Assembly (NCBI GenBank): GCA_963719945.1 | Contig: CAVRDX010000004.1 | Coordinates: forward strand, 128,001 to 192,000 | Direction: 5' to 3' | Length of the DNA stretch: 64,000 nucleotides | From: an uncultured Thermoplasmata archaeon | Lineage (GTDB): Archaea; Thermoplasmatota; Thermoplasmata; UBA10834 | Shown: piece after piece, positions 40,381 to 49,952 of the stretch | Layout of the letters: every line of letters begins with the position of its first letter | Position numbering within the stretch: the stretch's first letter is position 1 | The notes under the pieces: generated by a model | The model's input: only the letters and a program-made list of their open reading frames with translations | Told to the model about the DNA's origin: nothing | The model's database searches: none | Position numbers and translations under genes: made by a program

Positions 40381-41733
40381 AGTCCCGCACCTGAGGCACT
40401 GGAACCGTCCATCGAGCCACCTCGCCTGCGTGTTGCCGCACACTGGGCATATGAACACTGCTCCGAACCCTGGCATTGCGTTCTGCGTCGCCGTCGGTTC
40501 TCTCTGCCCAAGTCCAAGATTTCCTGCTGCAGGAGGGATCTCCCTGGGTGGCTGCATGATATTCCCTCCATACGAATAGTTGTATTGCACCGGCTGTGGG
40601 GCGGGCCGATCCTCGAAGTACTTGCGTTTGGTGACGAATTCGATCATGCGCGTCAGATAGTATCCGAAGAATACGCTCCCCATCCCAACCCATAGGAGGA
40701 TCGCCACGGCGAGGAAAACGAGAATGCTCAGGGATGCTCCTGCGAAGACCTCGGATGGGAGCGAGAGGTAGTCGAATCCGAAATGGAGCATGATCGAGGC
40801 GGCTAGTCCATGCTTCAGGAACATGTATCCAAATGCAAGTCCCGCCACCGCGGCAGGGAACACCTTCCATGCGCCCCATCCTTCGTAGTGTCCCATGCCA
40901 AACATGACTGAGGAGAGTATCAGAAGGGCAGCCTCCGGGATCCCTATGCTTATCCCTCCGCCGAGGACATATTTGTATGACTTGTATGGTAGCGCTCTCC
41001 CGCTGAACGCGCGTCTGAGGAGATCGATGCCTATCAATGGCAGGCCGATCATGAGCACTCGCACTATGAGCTCTTCCCAGACAGATGCATTGGCCAGCAG
41101 GAAGAGGAGCTCCCATAGGTCCGTGTCCTCAACGGGCGAAGTCACCTCGCTGTCGAAGATCCCCATAACAATCACCACAGCCACGTTCAGGAAGAGTACT
41201 GCGAACATCAGTCCACAGAGATCGAATATCGCGCTGTGTTTCCTGGGCTCGGCTTTCATCCCTAGCTCCTTCTTGAACGATCTCGCACTGGTCAAGAACA
41301 GCCAGATGGCGCTCATCAAGATCGCCGCGACGATGAGCAGATAGTACGCTCCCAGCGCATCGCCGGATATTCGGCCTATCTCGACCAGCCTTGGTGTGAT
41401 GATTATCATTGAGAACGAATGTTTGACGATCTCTGGGAGCACGATCGTTATCCCATATATCAGGGCGGCGAGGGAGAGAATGAACTGAGCCAGCATCGTG
41501 ATCATAGAATATGCCGATCCAGTTTTGAAGAGCCTACGCCACGAAGGCCCCGTCCTTACGGGGACGGTTCTGACCCAGGGGAACGGTGACAGGTTGGGGT
41601 CGGAAGCCCTCAGAGACGCCCTTATCGCCCCACATCTCGGGCAGAAATTGCCTGTCGGTGGTATCAATGCACCGCAAAATGTGCAGTACTCGCCGGTCGT
41701 ATTCTGGCTTGCTGGCCGTGGCTCCTCTGACAC
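40372..41733 (-). CDS. CPBP (Rce1-like) intramembrane protease with N- and C-terminal zinc ribbons
   Basis: EELIVR, FGMGH, HFGFD; CTFC..CPRC at the N-terminus and CPVC..CLRC at the C-terminus. Confidence 0.85.
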   Translation of the reverse strand: MSEEPRPASQNTTGEYCTFCGALIPPTGNFCPRCGAIRASLRASDPNLSPFPWVRTVPVRTGPSWRRLFKTGSAYSMITMLAQFILSLAALIYGITIVLPEIVKHSFSMIIITPRLVEIGRISGDALGAYYLLIVAAILMSAIWLFLTSARSFKKELGMKAEPRKHSAIFDLCGLMFAVLFLNVAVVIVMGIFDSEVTSPVEDTDLWELLFLLANASVWEELIVRVLMIGLPLIGIDLLRRAFSGRALPYKSYKYVLGGGISIGIPEAALLILSSVMFGMGHYEGWGAWKVFPAAVAGLAFGYMFLKHGLAASIMLHFGFDYLSLPSEVFAGASLSILVFLAVAILLWVGMGSVFFGYYLTRMIEFVTKRKYFEDRPAPQPVQYNYSYGGNIMQPPREIPPAAGNLGLGQREPTATQNAMPGFGAVFICPVCGNTQARWLDGRFQCLRCGTLL

Positions 41734-41929
41734 GGTCGAACCAACTTGTTCGTCACTATATTATGATTTGTATATTCGATAATAGTAACGAATGTCGGGC
41801 AATCCTCGAGGATACGGAATTCGGACCATTTCATTATGCATAAACGTGTACGGCGTCCCACATCCTCCGCCAACGTTTATATGACTAGAACAGTGTTTTC
41901 ACTGCCGCCTACATCACGGAGGCAACCAA

Positions 41930-42178
41930 ATGGATGATGAGAAGGGAGCAAAGGTCCGTTTTGAGACGTTGAGCGCTGAGAAGATTCCTTTTGGAAAGAA
42001 CAATTTCTTGGAAGTCGCGCGAAAGAAGGCAATAACCGATGAGGGCGACAGTGAGTTCATCTCTGTGTCCAGGGGTTACTTCCTTCCGGATGGTAGCGAG
42101 AAATACAAGAAATCGATTACCATCCCGGACGAACCCGCGATTAAGACATTCGTGACGGAGAAGATCAACAAGCTCTGA
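41930..42178 (+). CDS. Small archaeal hypothetical protein
   Basis: TATA-like TTTATA near 41876 and SD GGAGG upstream; 82 aa, beta-rich then helix. Confidence 0.8.
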   Translation: MDDEKGAKVRFETLSAEKIPFGKNNFLEVARKKAITDEGDSEFISVSRGYFLPDGSEKYKKSITIPDEPAIKTFVTEKINKL

Positions 42179-42222
42179 ATCCTCCGTCAATCGAACTAGT
42201 CCGCGACAATTCGTATTTGACC

Positions 42223-42243
42223 AACGAGGATAAAATCCTCGTT
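42223..42243. terminator. Hairpin between convergent genes
   Basis: Perfect 9-bp inverted repeat AACGAGGAT-AAA-ATCCTCGTT. Confidence 0.45.
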
Positions 42244-42262
42244 CCTAGTTCCACTAAGAGTT

Positions 42263-42790
42263 CTAGTCCTTGGCCTTCTGAAGCGTGAGCTCGAGATATG
42301 TCAGTGGCTCAAGCACCGATAGTGCCAGTTCGGACCGGAGTTGCTCTATCAATCTCTCCGCCCTCTTTGGCTCCTCGGTGATGAGCTCGAGCTCCACATA
42401 CTCCCCGAGCCCCTCGACATCGTCCACGGCGATCCTTATCTTGTCATAGATGTAGTTCACTCGCTTCTTGGTGATGATCATGAATTCTGCGAACCCGAGC
42501 CTTTCCACGATTCTCTGCATCTCGAGGGGGTTCTCCATCTTCATGGTGATCTCCTCCCTCGCCTTGCTGTGCTGCATATGCATCCTCGGGCCCTTGTACG
42601 TCAGTTCAGCGCACTCTCCAGTCTTCCGCAATCTGAGTGCTTCATCCGTCTTGCCGAAGTCCCTGACTGGGTGGCGATAGTAGATGTCCTCCATCTGCTC
42701 CTCGGAGATCCTGACCGCCCCGATCCTCTGAAGGGTCTTCTCTATCTTGTCATTGCCTGGTGACAAGTACTTGCTCTCTACTTCCAACAC
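42263..42790 (-). CDS. cyaB: CYTH-domain protein (class IV adenylate cyclase / triphosphate tunnel metalloenzyme)
   Basis: EVESK (ExExK), DIYY, EALRLR, LTYKG, REE, LGEYVELE; start moved to GTG 42790. Confidence 0.9.
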   Translation of the reverse strand: MLEVESKYLSPGNDKIEKTLQRIGAVRISEEQMEDIYYRHPVRDFGKTDEALRLRKTGECAELTYKGPRMHMQHSKAREEITMKMENPLEMQRIVERLGFAEFMIITKKRVNYIYDKIRIAVDDVEGLGEYVELELITEEPKRAERLIEQLRSELALSVLEPLTYLELTLQKAKD

Positions 42791-42917
42791 GACCCCTGAT
42801 ATCTTCTGGTGGTAGATTAACCTCTCCAGGAGTGAACGAAGCGTGTCATCGAGAGCTGGCATGGTCAACCAAAAGATATAAGTCCCGATGCAATGATAGA
42901 TGGGACCCCCGGTGTAG

Positions 42918-43334
42918 GTGAATATTATGGAGCAACCAGACCGCGCTATAAAGATGCGTAAGGAGGAGCTCGTAGAGATCAAGCGACTTTACGAAACAGT
43001 CATGACTTTTGCATCCCACGGAATGTTCTACAGGAGCGGAAGGATAATGGGCAATCGCCTCGTCAAGACGACAGGCACTGACTTGGGCAGGATCCGAGAA
43101 ATCCTGATCAAGGAAGGTTGGGTGACCGACATCGTCTTTGAAGGTGATACCGTGTCCGCATCTGGCTCAATCGAGGTCCATAACTCCGACGTGCCTACCT
43201 GCCATATGCTAAGAGGCATACTTGCGAAGGTGTTCGAGGATCGTACAGGCAAGGATGTGTATTGCCACGAGAGGAAGTGCGTTTCAAAGGGAGACGAGAA
43301 ATGCGTCTTCATCATCGATACGGAGGTGATGTAG
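42918..43334 (+). CDS. V4R-domain protein
   Basis: PTCHMLRGIL, CHERKCVSKGDEKCVF. Confidence 0.85.
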   Translation: MNIMEQPDRAIKMRKEELVEIKRLYETVMTFASHGMFYRSGRIMGNRLVKTTGTDLGRIREILIKEGWVTDIVFEGDTVSASGSIEVHNSDVPTCHMLRGILAKVFEDRTGKDVYCHERKCVSKGDEKCVFIIDTEVM

Positions 43335-44009
43335 GTGTCCAGGAAGACCTCTGGGATACCGGGTCTGGATGGGATGCTCCAGGGAGGCTTCCCGTTCCCA
43401 TCTGCAGTGCTCGTCGCTGGAGAGCCAGGTACCGGCAAGACCACACTAGCCGTTCAGAGCCTGTTCCACGGTGCTCGCGAGGGTGAGAAGGGTCTGTACA
43501 TAACCGCGATATCAGAACCACAATGGCTGGTGCAGAAGTTCCTTTCATCGTTCTCCTTCTACGACCAGCAACTGGTCGAGAAAGGTATCGTCAACTTCAT
43601 CGATATCGGGCCGACTCTCACGAAGAACCCGAGCGATATGTTGGGTACCATCAAGAAGCAGATCGAACTGCACCATCCAGCCAGGATAGTGATCGACCCT
43701 ATCACTCCGATGACCGACATGCTGCAATGGCGAGGGGAGACGAGGGAGTTCATGCACGAGCTGTTCGCATATCTGAAGGCGTTCGAATCGCTCGCGATCA
43801 TCACCGCAGAGCTGTCCTATGAAGACATCTCCCACAGCCAGGAATCTTACATGGTCGACGGGGTCGTGATGCTCTCCTATCCCGAGGAAGAGAAGGTCCG
43901 ACGGAAATTCCTCGAAGTCTTGAAGATGAGAGGGACCAAGCACACGACCGGGAGACAGTTGATCGACATCACCGATGAGGGATTGGCGGTCCAGGCAGGT
44001 CTGAGGTAA
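43335..44009 (+). CDS. KaiC/RAD55-like ATPase
   Basis: SGIPGLD.MLQGG, GEPGTGKT, IVIDP, EVLKMRG. Confidence 0.9.
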   Translation: MSRKTSGIPGLDGMLQGGFPFPSAVLVAGEPGTGKTTLAVQSLFHGAREGEKGLYITAISEPQWLVQKFLSSFSFYDQQLVEKGIVNFIDIGPTLTKNPSDMLGTIKKQIELHHPARIVIDPITPMTDMLQWRGETREFMHELFAYLKAFESLAIITAELSYEDISHSQESYMVDGVVMLSYPEEEKVRRKFLEVLKMRGTKHTTGRQLIDITDEGLAVQAGLR

Positions 44010-44017
44010 GTCATTTC

Positions 44018-44527
44018 ATGAGCGGCGGATATGGCCCTGCTCTCATCAACGGGAACTCGTACCTGTTCACGAAGAAGGGCGTCGAACAGGCCTACGAAGC
44101 CATGAAGAAGATGCTCGCTGAGGGCAGGCGTGGACTTGTGATTACCCGCACCCATCCAAGTCGGGTGCAGCAGCTGTACGGCTTGGGTTGCCCCATCATG
44201 TGGATCGCCAAGAACATCAAGGCAAACACGACCACCAGTGGTGTGATAAACCTCGAGCCGACCAGATTGATGAAGATCCACAGCACTATCTCGGATTTCA
44301 TAAAGGCGAACCCAGGAGCGACAGTCCTCCTCGACGGCCTCGAGTACCTGATAACTGAGAACGGTTTCTCGACCGTCATGAAGGCGATACAACTCACGAA
44401 CGAAGAGGTGGCGATGTCCGGGGCACTCCTTCTCGTGCCAGTCGACCCGAGGACTCTGGAGACGCAACAGTTGGGATACCTCGAGCGCGAGTTCTCGCTG
44501 CCAGAGGACAATAACAGGAACCGATGA
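44018..44527 (+). CDS. DUF835-domain protein
   Basis: GLVITRTHP, IMWI, VLLDGLEYLITENGF. Confidence 0.88.
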   Translation: MSGGYGPALINGNSYLFTKKGVEQAYEAMKKMLAEGRRGLVITRTHPSRVQQLYGLGCPIMWIAKNIKANTTTSGVINLEPTRLMKIHSTISDFIKANPGATVLLDGLEYLITENGFSTVMKAIQLTNEEVAMSGALLLVPVDPRTLETQQLGYLEREFSLPEDNNRNR

Positions 44528-44571
44528 ATCAGTCCAAGCGATTTTCTAGTCGGATGTCACTCCCATGCTCG

Positions 44572-45102
44572 ATGTCTGAGGTAAAAGGCTTGGGCAAGGT
44601 CCACGTCATCACTGGACCTGGCAAGGGCAAGACGACCGCAGCTTTCGGACTAGCCATGCGTGCAGCTGGCCACGGCATCCGAGTCGGCATCGTGCAGTTC
44701 ATGAAGGCCGACGGCAGCGGAGAGGTCATCTCTGCTAGACATCTTGAGAACATCGAGGTAGTACAGTTCGGGACTGGCAATTTCATCGACCCTGGCCACG
44801 CTCGCGAACACGACACCGCGAAGGCAGTCGAGGGCTTGCGACAGGCCGAGAAATTCTTGACGTCAGGTGATTATGGTCTCGTGGTCCTTGATGAGATAAG
44901 CGTCGCGGTCGACTTCGGATTGATTAGTGCGGATGATGTGCTAGCCGCAATCCGATCGAGGAAAGGTGGTGTCGAGGTAATCCTGACGGGCAGGAACGTG
45001 CCGAAGTCCTTCGTGTCTGAAGCAGACTATGTCTCATTCATCCAAAGCGTCAAACATCCGTTCGATAAAGGTTGCGAGGCCAGACGGGGAATAGAATGGT
45101 AG
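44572..45102 (+). CDS. cobO: Cob(I)alamin adenosyltransferase CobO/BtuR
   Basis: TGPGKGKTTAAFG, VQFMK, VLDE, ILTGR, KHPF, GIEW. Confidence 0.93.
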   Translation: MSEVKGLGKVHVITGPGKGKTTAAFGLAMRAAGHGIRVGIVQFMKADGSGEVISARHLENIEVVQFGTGNFIDPGHAREHDTAKAVEGLRQAEKFLTSGDYGLVVLDEISVAVDFGLISADDVLAAIRSRKGGVEVILTGRNVPKSFVSEADYVSFIQSVKHPFDKGCEARRGIEW

Positions 45103-45105
45103 CGG

Positions 45106-46239
45106 TCATCCTTCTTTATCTTTGAGAAACAGAAGATATCGTATCTCCTCTGTCGTGAAGACCGTGTTCTTCTTGAGCCCTTCATAATCGTCATCAGCGA
45201 GCATCCTCAGGATCATGGGCTGACCATGGCTCATCATCAATATCCTCCTGAACGCGTCCTTCTCTATCTTCTCGTTGCCCAAGAGTCTCCTGGCGCTCTC
45301 CTCATCGAGTCCTTTGACCCTGATCACCCTGACGGTCTCGTCATCGACATGCTTCTTGTGATAGAACCAATTGTACGCCGGCGTCTCCTCCCTCGCAGTC
45401 ACTATGATCTTCGTCCTCCCGTCGGATTCGATCATGGTCGTGAGGAATTCGACGATTTCATCAGCAACTGTGAAGAAATCGTCAAAGATCATGACGCTCT
45501 CCTCCAGATCAAGGGCACAGTCATCCTCTGTTGATTGCCCCGTCACCTTCTCGGCGAATCCACGCAGCCTGGTACGGATCTCTTCGAGAGAGGTCAGAGA
45601 ATCCAGAGGGATCCATAACGCATTGGTTTCGTCATGGGTCTGTATCAGCCTTCTTGCTATCGTGGATGTACCGGAACCGCGATTGCCCAAGATGATCATT
45701 GCTCGCGAATCTGACCTGAGGAAATCTTCCACGCTCCTGAGCTCTTCATCTCGTCCATAGAACTCTACAGGCTCAGGGGAATCGTCTATCATCCTGACGA
45801 TCTCGGCCTGCTTCTTTCCTATGTCGACGACCCCGTCTTTTATGCGTGATACCATGGCAAGAGCCTTCTTCTTGCCCACGAGCTCCTCGATCTGAGCACC
45901 TGTCATGGATTCTGCATGATCCCCGCTCTGGACATTGAGGGAGAAATTCGAGATATCCTTCCAGAGCTCCGAGGCGGTCTTGACCCCTTCAGCGGTCACC
46001 GCATAAACGCTCATCCTTCTCTCATGACCCGTGACTCGAGCCCTCGACTCATCGACAAGACCCTGCTTCATTAGACCCTTGACCGCCCTTGGGACATGGG
46101 TTCGTGATATGCCGATGGCCGCTGCTATTCCTGCTTGAGTGCACTCCGATGGGAATTCCGCGGGTGGTACATCGGCAGCGAACCTGAGCAGGTGTAGAAG
46201 CACCCTATCATTGACGCTGAGCTGGCCAGCTTCAGACAT
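45106..46239 (-). CDS. wHTH-STAND (NB-ARC-like) regulator, degenerate Walker A, no sensor repeats
   Basis: TQAGIAAAIGISRTHVPR wHTH; FYGRDEEL; GNRGSGTST; IFDD; IIVTAR; GQP motif near the C-terminus. Confidence 0.75.
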   Translation of the reverse strand: MSEAGQLSVNDRVLLHLLRFAADVPPAEFPSECTQAGIAAAIGISRTHVPRAVKGLMKQGLVDESRARVTGHERRMSVYAVTAEGVKTASELWKDISNFSLNVQSGDHAESMTGAQIEELVGKKKALAMVSRIKDGVVDIGKKQAEIVRMIDDSPEPVEFYGRDEELRSVEDFLRSDSRAMIILGNRGSGTSTIARRLIQTHDETNALWIPLDSLTSLEEIRTRLRGFAEKVTGQSTEDDCALDLEESVMIFDDFFTVADEIVEFLTTMIESDGRTKIIVTAREETPAYNWFYHKKHVDDETVRVIRVKGLDEESARRLLGNEKIEKDAFRRILMMSHGQPMILRMLADDDYEGLKKNTVFTTEEIRYLLFLKDKEG

Positions 46240-46413
46240 CAATCCGCGAAATACCCCTGAGCTTATATAACCGTGCGGTCTCGGCAATCACCCGGCACAC
46301 GGGGACTGACCTCCCATAAGGTAATTGGTAATGACCTCAACACGTTTATATACGCACTTATACGTTTGAAACCTTAGCTGGCAGGGCACTCCATCTCCCC
46401 GGAGGATGCATCG

Positions 46414-49400
46414 ATGAGTCATAAACTATTCAAGAAAAAGACCTGGTCTGATGAAAGCGGCGTTTCCGAAATTATCGGCAATATACTCATTCTAATGATA
46501 ACTGTGGTTTTGTTCAGCTCGATCATGGCATTCGTGAATCAGATGCCCATGCCAGAATTGGCCACGAAGACCGATTTCGTCGGGAGCGTTTCGTTCGATG
46601 CATCGGGAACGGAAGCGACCGTCACCCTCACTCACTCCGGAGGTGCAGTACTTCCTGCCACTGACACGACCGTTTTCATACTCATCGATGATGTAAGTTA
46701 CACATACAAACTCTCTGAGGATATAGGTTTCTCTCACGATAATTGGGTCACTGGTCTCGAGTGGACCAAGACCTTCACCGACACTTCATATTCAAGCATT
46801 ATAACCGCGACAGTCATCGACAATATCAAGCACTCTGCCGTCTGGGTCAGCCAGCTCAGCGGAGGGATGGGTGGCGGACCGCCGACCATCCTCCAGAGAT
46901 ATGTCGATTCCAATGTGAACACCCCGACTGCGGATTATGTCAAGGAAGGGGATGATTTCTCTCTATTCGTCAAGGTCGTAGACCTTGATGGCGATCTAGA
47001 CACTACCAAGACTGGTGTCTGGGTCGATGCGAGCAGTATAGGCGTCCTCGCTCCTGATGAGTATGATGAGTCAAGCGGAGGTTGGTTCCGATGGGATTAT
47101 GTCGACAAGGTCACCGACTCAGAAGATGTCGATGGTAAGGTTCTCATAATCCATGCCATGGATCTCGCGGGTCACGAATCCATATCGAATTTCAGAATCT
47201 CTGTTGTTGTGCTGCCTACTAATACTGTAGTCAACAACCAGGACACCGAAACTGGCGAAGGCGGTCTGCCATCATACCTCTCATTCACATCACCGATGCT
47301 AGGCGCGGGCTACGGTATCTATGGTGAGAACATATCTGTATATGGGCCCACTGGGAAGGCCAATATCAACGACGCAAGGACAATCTTCAACAAGGACGAG
47401 CGGATATTCGTCCGCGTCGGAAGCACCCAGATGACCAACATCCTGGGCAGGAACGAGTTGACTCTTACGGATACCCGAACCGGCCTCACTTACGAACCGA
47501 CCTACTTCAACGAGAGTGCCGCCACACCCGGTGCCCCATTCTATGTCTTCGGATCGTCAGGAGCAGCACAAATATATCAGGCCAAGTTCAACACATCTGG
47601 CCTGCCACCGAGCGCATACAACATGAATATCTATCTCAGGAGTGCAGGCACTAGTGAGGTCGTATTCCAGGCGGATATAACGCTCATAGTCCAGCAGGCT
47701 GGCTCTCCGATCACATTCATTCCACGAATCTATCTGTACTCCGATGTAACAATGACCACGCCCTTCGGTACGAAAGAGAATCCATACGAGGTCAACGGTG
47801 ACACGCATACCATTTACGCTGCCGTGAATGTGCAGGATGCCCAGAGCACCACCCCGCCATCGCCATACCCTGTAGTTGGCGAGATTAGGATAGAGGACCT
47901 GACTGGTGGTGCGGAGATCTATGGGACCCCGCCTGCCGGTGCGATGATCAGCAACTTCGTGCATGACGATACCAACTTGAGCAACGAGAGATACAGTTTC
48001 ACTATCGACCTGAGGATCAACAACGCTGATCAATGGCTCTCTGGGAAGAACACATACACCCTTCGCATATCCAGCTTCAGTGACCTTAATGAAGGAGTCT
48101 ATAGCCTCGCCAAACAAGTCTATATTAAGGCAAGTGTGAGCAAGATGGACTTCTTCACTGCGACGAACGGGATATATTCGACTAGGGGTGGAAGTACAAA
48201 CTTCATCAACCCTGAGTATGTGTATCACATCGAGAACAACAACTTCTTCACGACCAGGGTGCTGTATGACCAGTCGAATTCTCCAAGTGCCGCAGCGATG
48301 TACTACATGACTGCGATGGCCGTGGGAGATCTCGACGGTGACGCCGATGACGACCTCATAGCAGCCAAGTTCAAGCCATCTGGATCAGGCTACGTCGCAG
48401 AGGGACATTTGCTGTACTTCGAGAATTCGATGAACACTTACGGTACCTGGCAATCTCCATCGTACATCACTAGGGCAAGTACGGATGATACGACTATCCT
48501 AATCGAATGGATCGCTACTGGAGATACTAATGGTGATGGTGACATCGACATCGTATATTCAACAGCAGCACACAAATTGTTCATCTACAACAACACATAT
48601 GGCGCAGCCGCGGTGCAATTCACGAGTGGAAGTGGCACGGGTGGTGCATACCTCTCAACTAACGATGGCATCAGGAAACTGGATCTAGAGGACATGAACG
48701 ATGACGGCGCCGACGACCTCATTGTACTCGCGAACGGACTGGTGTATGTCTACGATATCAAGAATTGGAAGACTACTCCAATCGCCACAATTGGATTCAC
48801 CCCCTCGAATTCGAATATCGAGGACTTCGATGTTGCGGATGTCAATGGTGACGGGATGTATGATATCCTGACTGCGGACCCGAACACAGGCTCTCATGAC
48901 TCTATCGATGGTGTGTGGGTGAATTACTACAAAGAATCTGCATCCCCAAAGGTGAGGATTCCGGATGACGGGTTCACCCCGGTCGTGCCATATGGGTCGA
49001 TTTCCCCTAGCACGATGACGACTTGCGTGGATAATATCGAAGTCAATGATAGTGCTTATACAACAATTCAGGAAAGCTTGGGCGGCAATGTATCCGCGAC
49101 ATTCAAAATCAAACCATTATCGACTGACAAAGACCAGATATTGCATGTGGTTGCCCGAACGGTCGGAGATGGCGAATCCTTCTACATCTGGTATTCGATT
49201 GATTCGACAAATGGCATAAATGGAAGATTCACCCCCGTGATCGTGGTGACAAATGGCACCACCACTTGGGTGAACTACACGTTCAAACTACCGTCCAATG
49301 TCGCGGGCCATACCTTGTTCATCCGGGTGACGGATTCGATGAACACATTCGGTACTATCCAGGATTCTCTGGAGGTGAACTATGTTGTGGTCCTTTCGGG

Positions 49401-49902
49401 TGTGTTCGGTTCCTACATGGACACTAGAGGGAAGATCGTGAATGTGGGAACAACGGTCGCATTGTCATATTCATGTGTCCGAGCGGCGAACATCAATTCC
49501 ACGACGAGCTACCTCGAGATCGTGGCAGCGAGAAACGGGAATTGGTCGACATTCTTTGCAACAACATCGACGGCGCCAAACCCGGGTCTATATGTGAGCG
49601 GCTGGAGTGTCACGAATGCGTACCTCTACATCTATGGCCCTGGCGCGTACATGGCATTAGTATCACCGGCACTGTTCACCGTCGCAGACGTTAACGGCGA
49701 TGGCTACTCTGATGTTGTGGCAAGCTTCACGCGTAGCGATATCGGCAGTTCCTCTCAGATCACGGTGGTCGGCGTGTACGTCAATATCGATAGTTACTGG
49801 TACATTCAGATCAAAGACCATTATGCTGGCTACCTATCGGGGACTGAGCAGGGATCGATGATCGCTTTGCTGGTAGCCGATGTCATGCACGAGAATTCCT
49901 AG
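46414..49902 (+). CDS. Large type IV pilin-like surface protein with FG-GAP repeats
   Basis: Class III signal peptide DESG|VSEIIGNILILMITVVLF; repeats GDLDGDADDDL, GDTNGDGDIDI, EDMNDDGADDL, ADVNGDGMYDI, ADVNGDGYSDV. Confidence 0.85.
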   Translation: MSHKLFKKKTWSDESGVSEIIGNILILMITVVLFSSIMAFVNQMPMPELATKTDFVGSVSFDASGTEATVTLTHSGGAVLPATDTTVFILIDDVSYTYKLSEDIGFSHDNWVTGLEWTKTFTDTSYSSIITATVIDNIKHSAVWVSQLSGGMGGGPPTILQRYVDSNVNTPTADYVKEGDDFSLFVKVVDLDGDLDTTKTGVWVDASSIGVLAPDEYDESSGGWFRWDYVDKVTDSEDVDGKVLIIHAMDLAGHESISNFRISVVVLPTNTVVNNQDTETGEGGLPSYLSFTSPMLGAGYGIYGENISVYGPTGKANINDARTIFNKDERIFVRVGSTQMTNILGRNELTLTDTRTGLTYEPTYFNESAATPGAPFYVFGSSGAAQIYQAKFNTSGLPPSAYNMNIYLRSAGTSEVVFQADITLIVQQAGSPITFIPRIYLYSDVTMTTPFGTKENPYEVNGDTHTIYAAVNVQDAQSTTPPSPYPVVGEIRIEDLTGGAEIYGTPPAGAMISNFVHDDTNLSNERYSFTIDLRINNADQWLSGKNTYTLRISSFSDLNEGVYSLAKQVYIKASVSKMDFFTATNGIYSTRGGSTNFINPEYVYHIENNNFFTTRVLYDQSNSPSAAAMYYMTAMAVGDLDGDADDDLIAAKFKPSGSGYVAEGHLLYFENSMNTYGTWQSPSYITRASTDDTTILIEWIATGDTNGDGDIDIVYSTAAHKLFIYNNTYGAAAVQFTSGSGTGGAYLSTNDGIRKLDLEDMNDDGADDLIVLANGLVYVYDIKNWKTTPIATIGFTPSNSNIEDFDVADVNGDGMYDILTADPNTGSHDSIDGVWVNYYKESASPKVRIPDDGFTPVVPYGSISPSTMTTCVDNIEVNDSAYTTIQESLGGNVSATFKIKPLSTDKDQILHVVARTVGDGESFYIWYSIDSTNGINGRFTPVIVVTNGTTTWVNYTFKLPSNVAGHTLFIRVTDSMNTFGTIQDSLEVNYVVVLSGVFGSYMDTRGKIVNVGTTVALSYSCVRAANINSTTSYLEIVAARNGNWSTFFATTSTAPNPGLYVSGWSVTNAYLYIYGPGAYMALVSPALFTVADVNGDGYSDVVASFTRSDIGSSSQITVVGVYVNIDSYWYIQIKDHYAGYLSGTEQGSMIALLVADVMHENS

Positions 49903-49952
49903 GGAACAAAACGCTCTAAAACCCTTTCTACTCGTTGTTTTCGAGTGATCGC

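Noticed and set aside
43320-43340. V4R and KaiC-like ORFs are in frame, separated by a single TAG (possible pyrrolysine or readthrough fusion)
   Set aside because: A strong SD (GGAGGTGA) precedes the GTG at 43335, and the same stop-start abutment occurs at atpC/atpF. No pyl genes are visible. Translational coupling is simpler.
441-44009. KaiC-like genes as a circadian clock
   Set aside because: All are single-domain, and no kaiA or kaiB is in the window.
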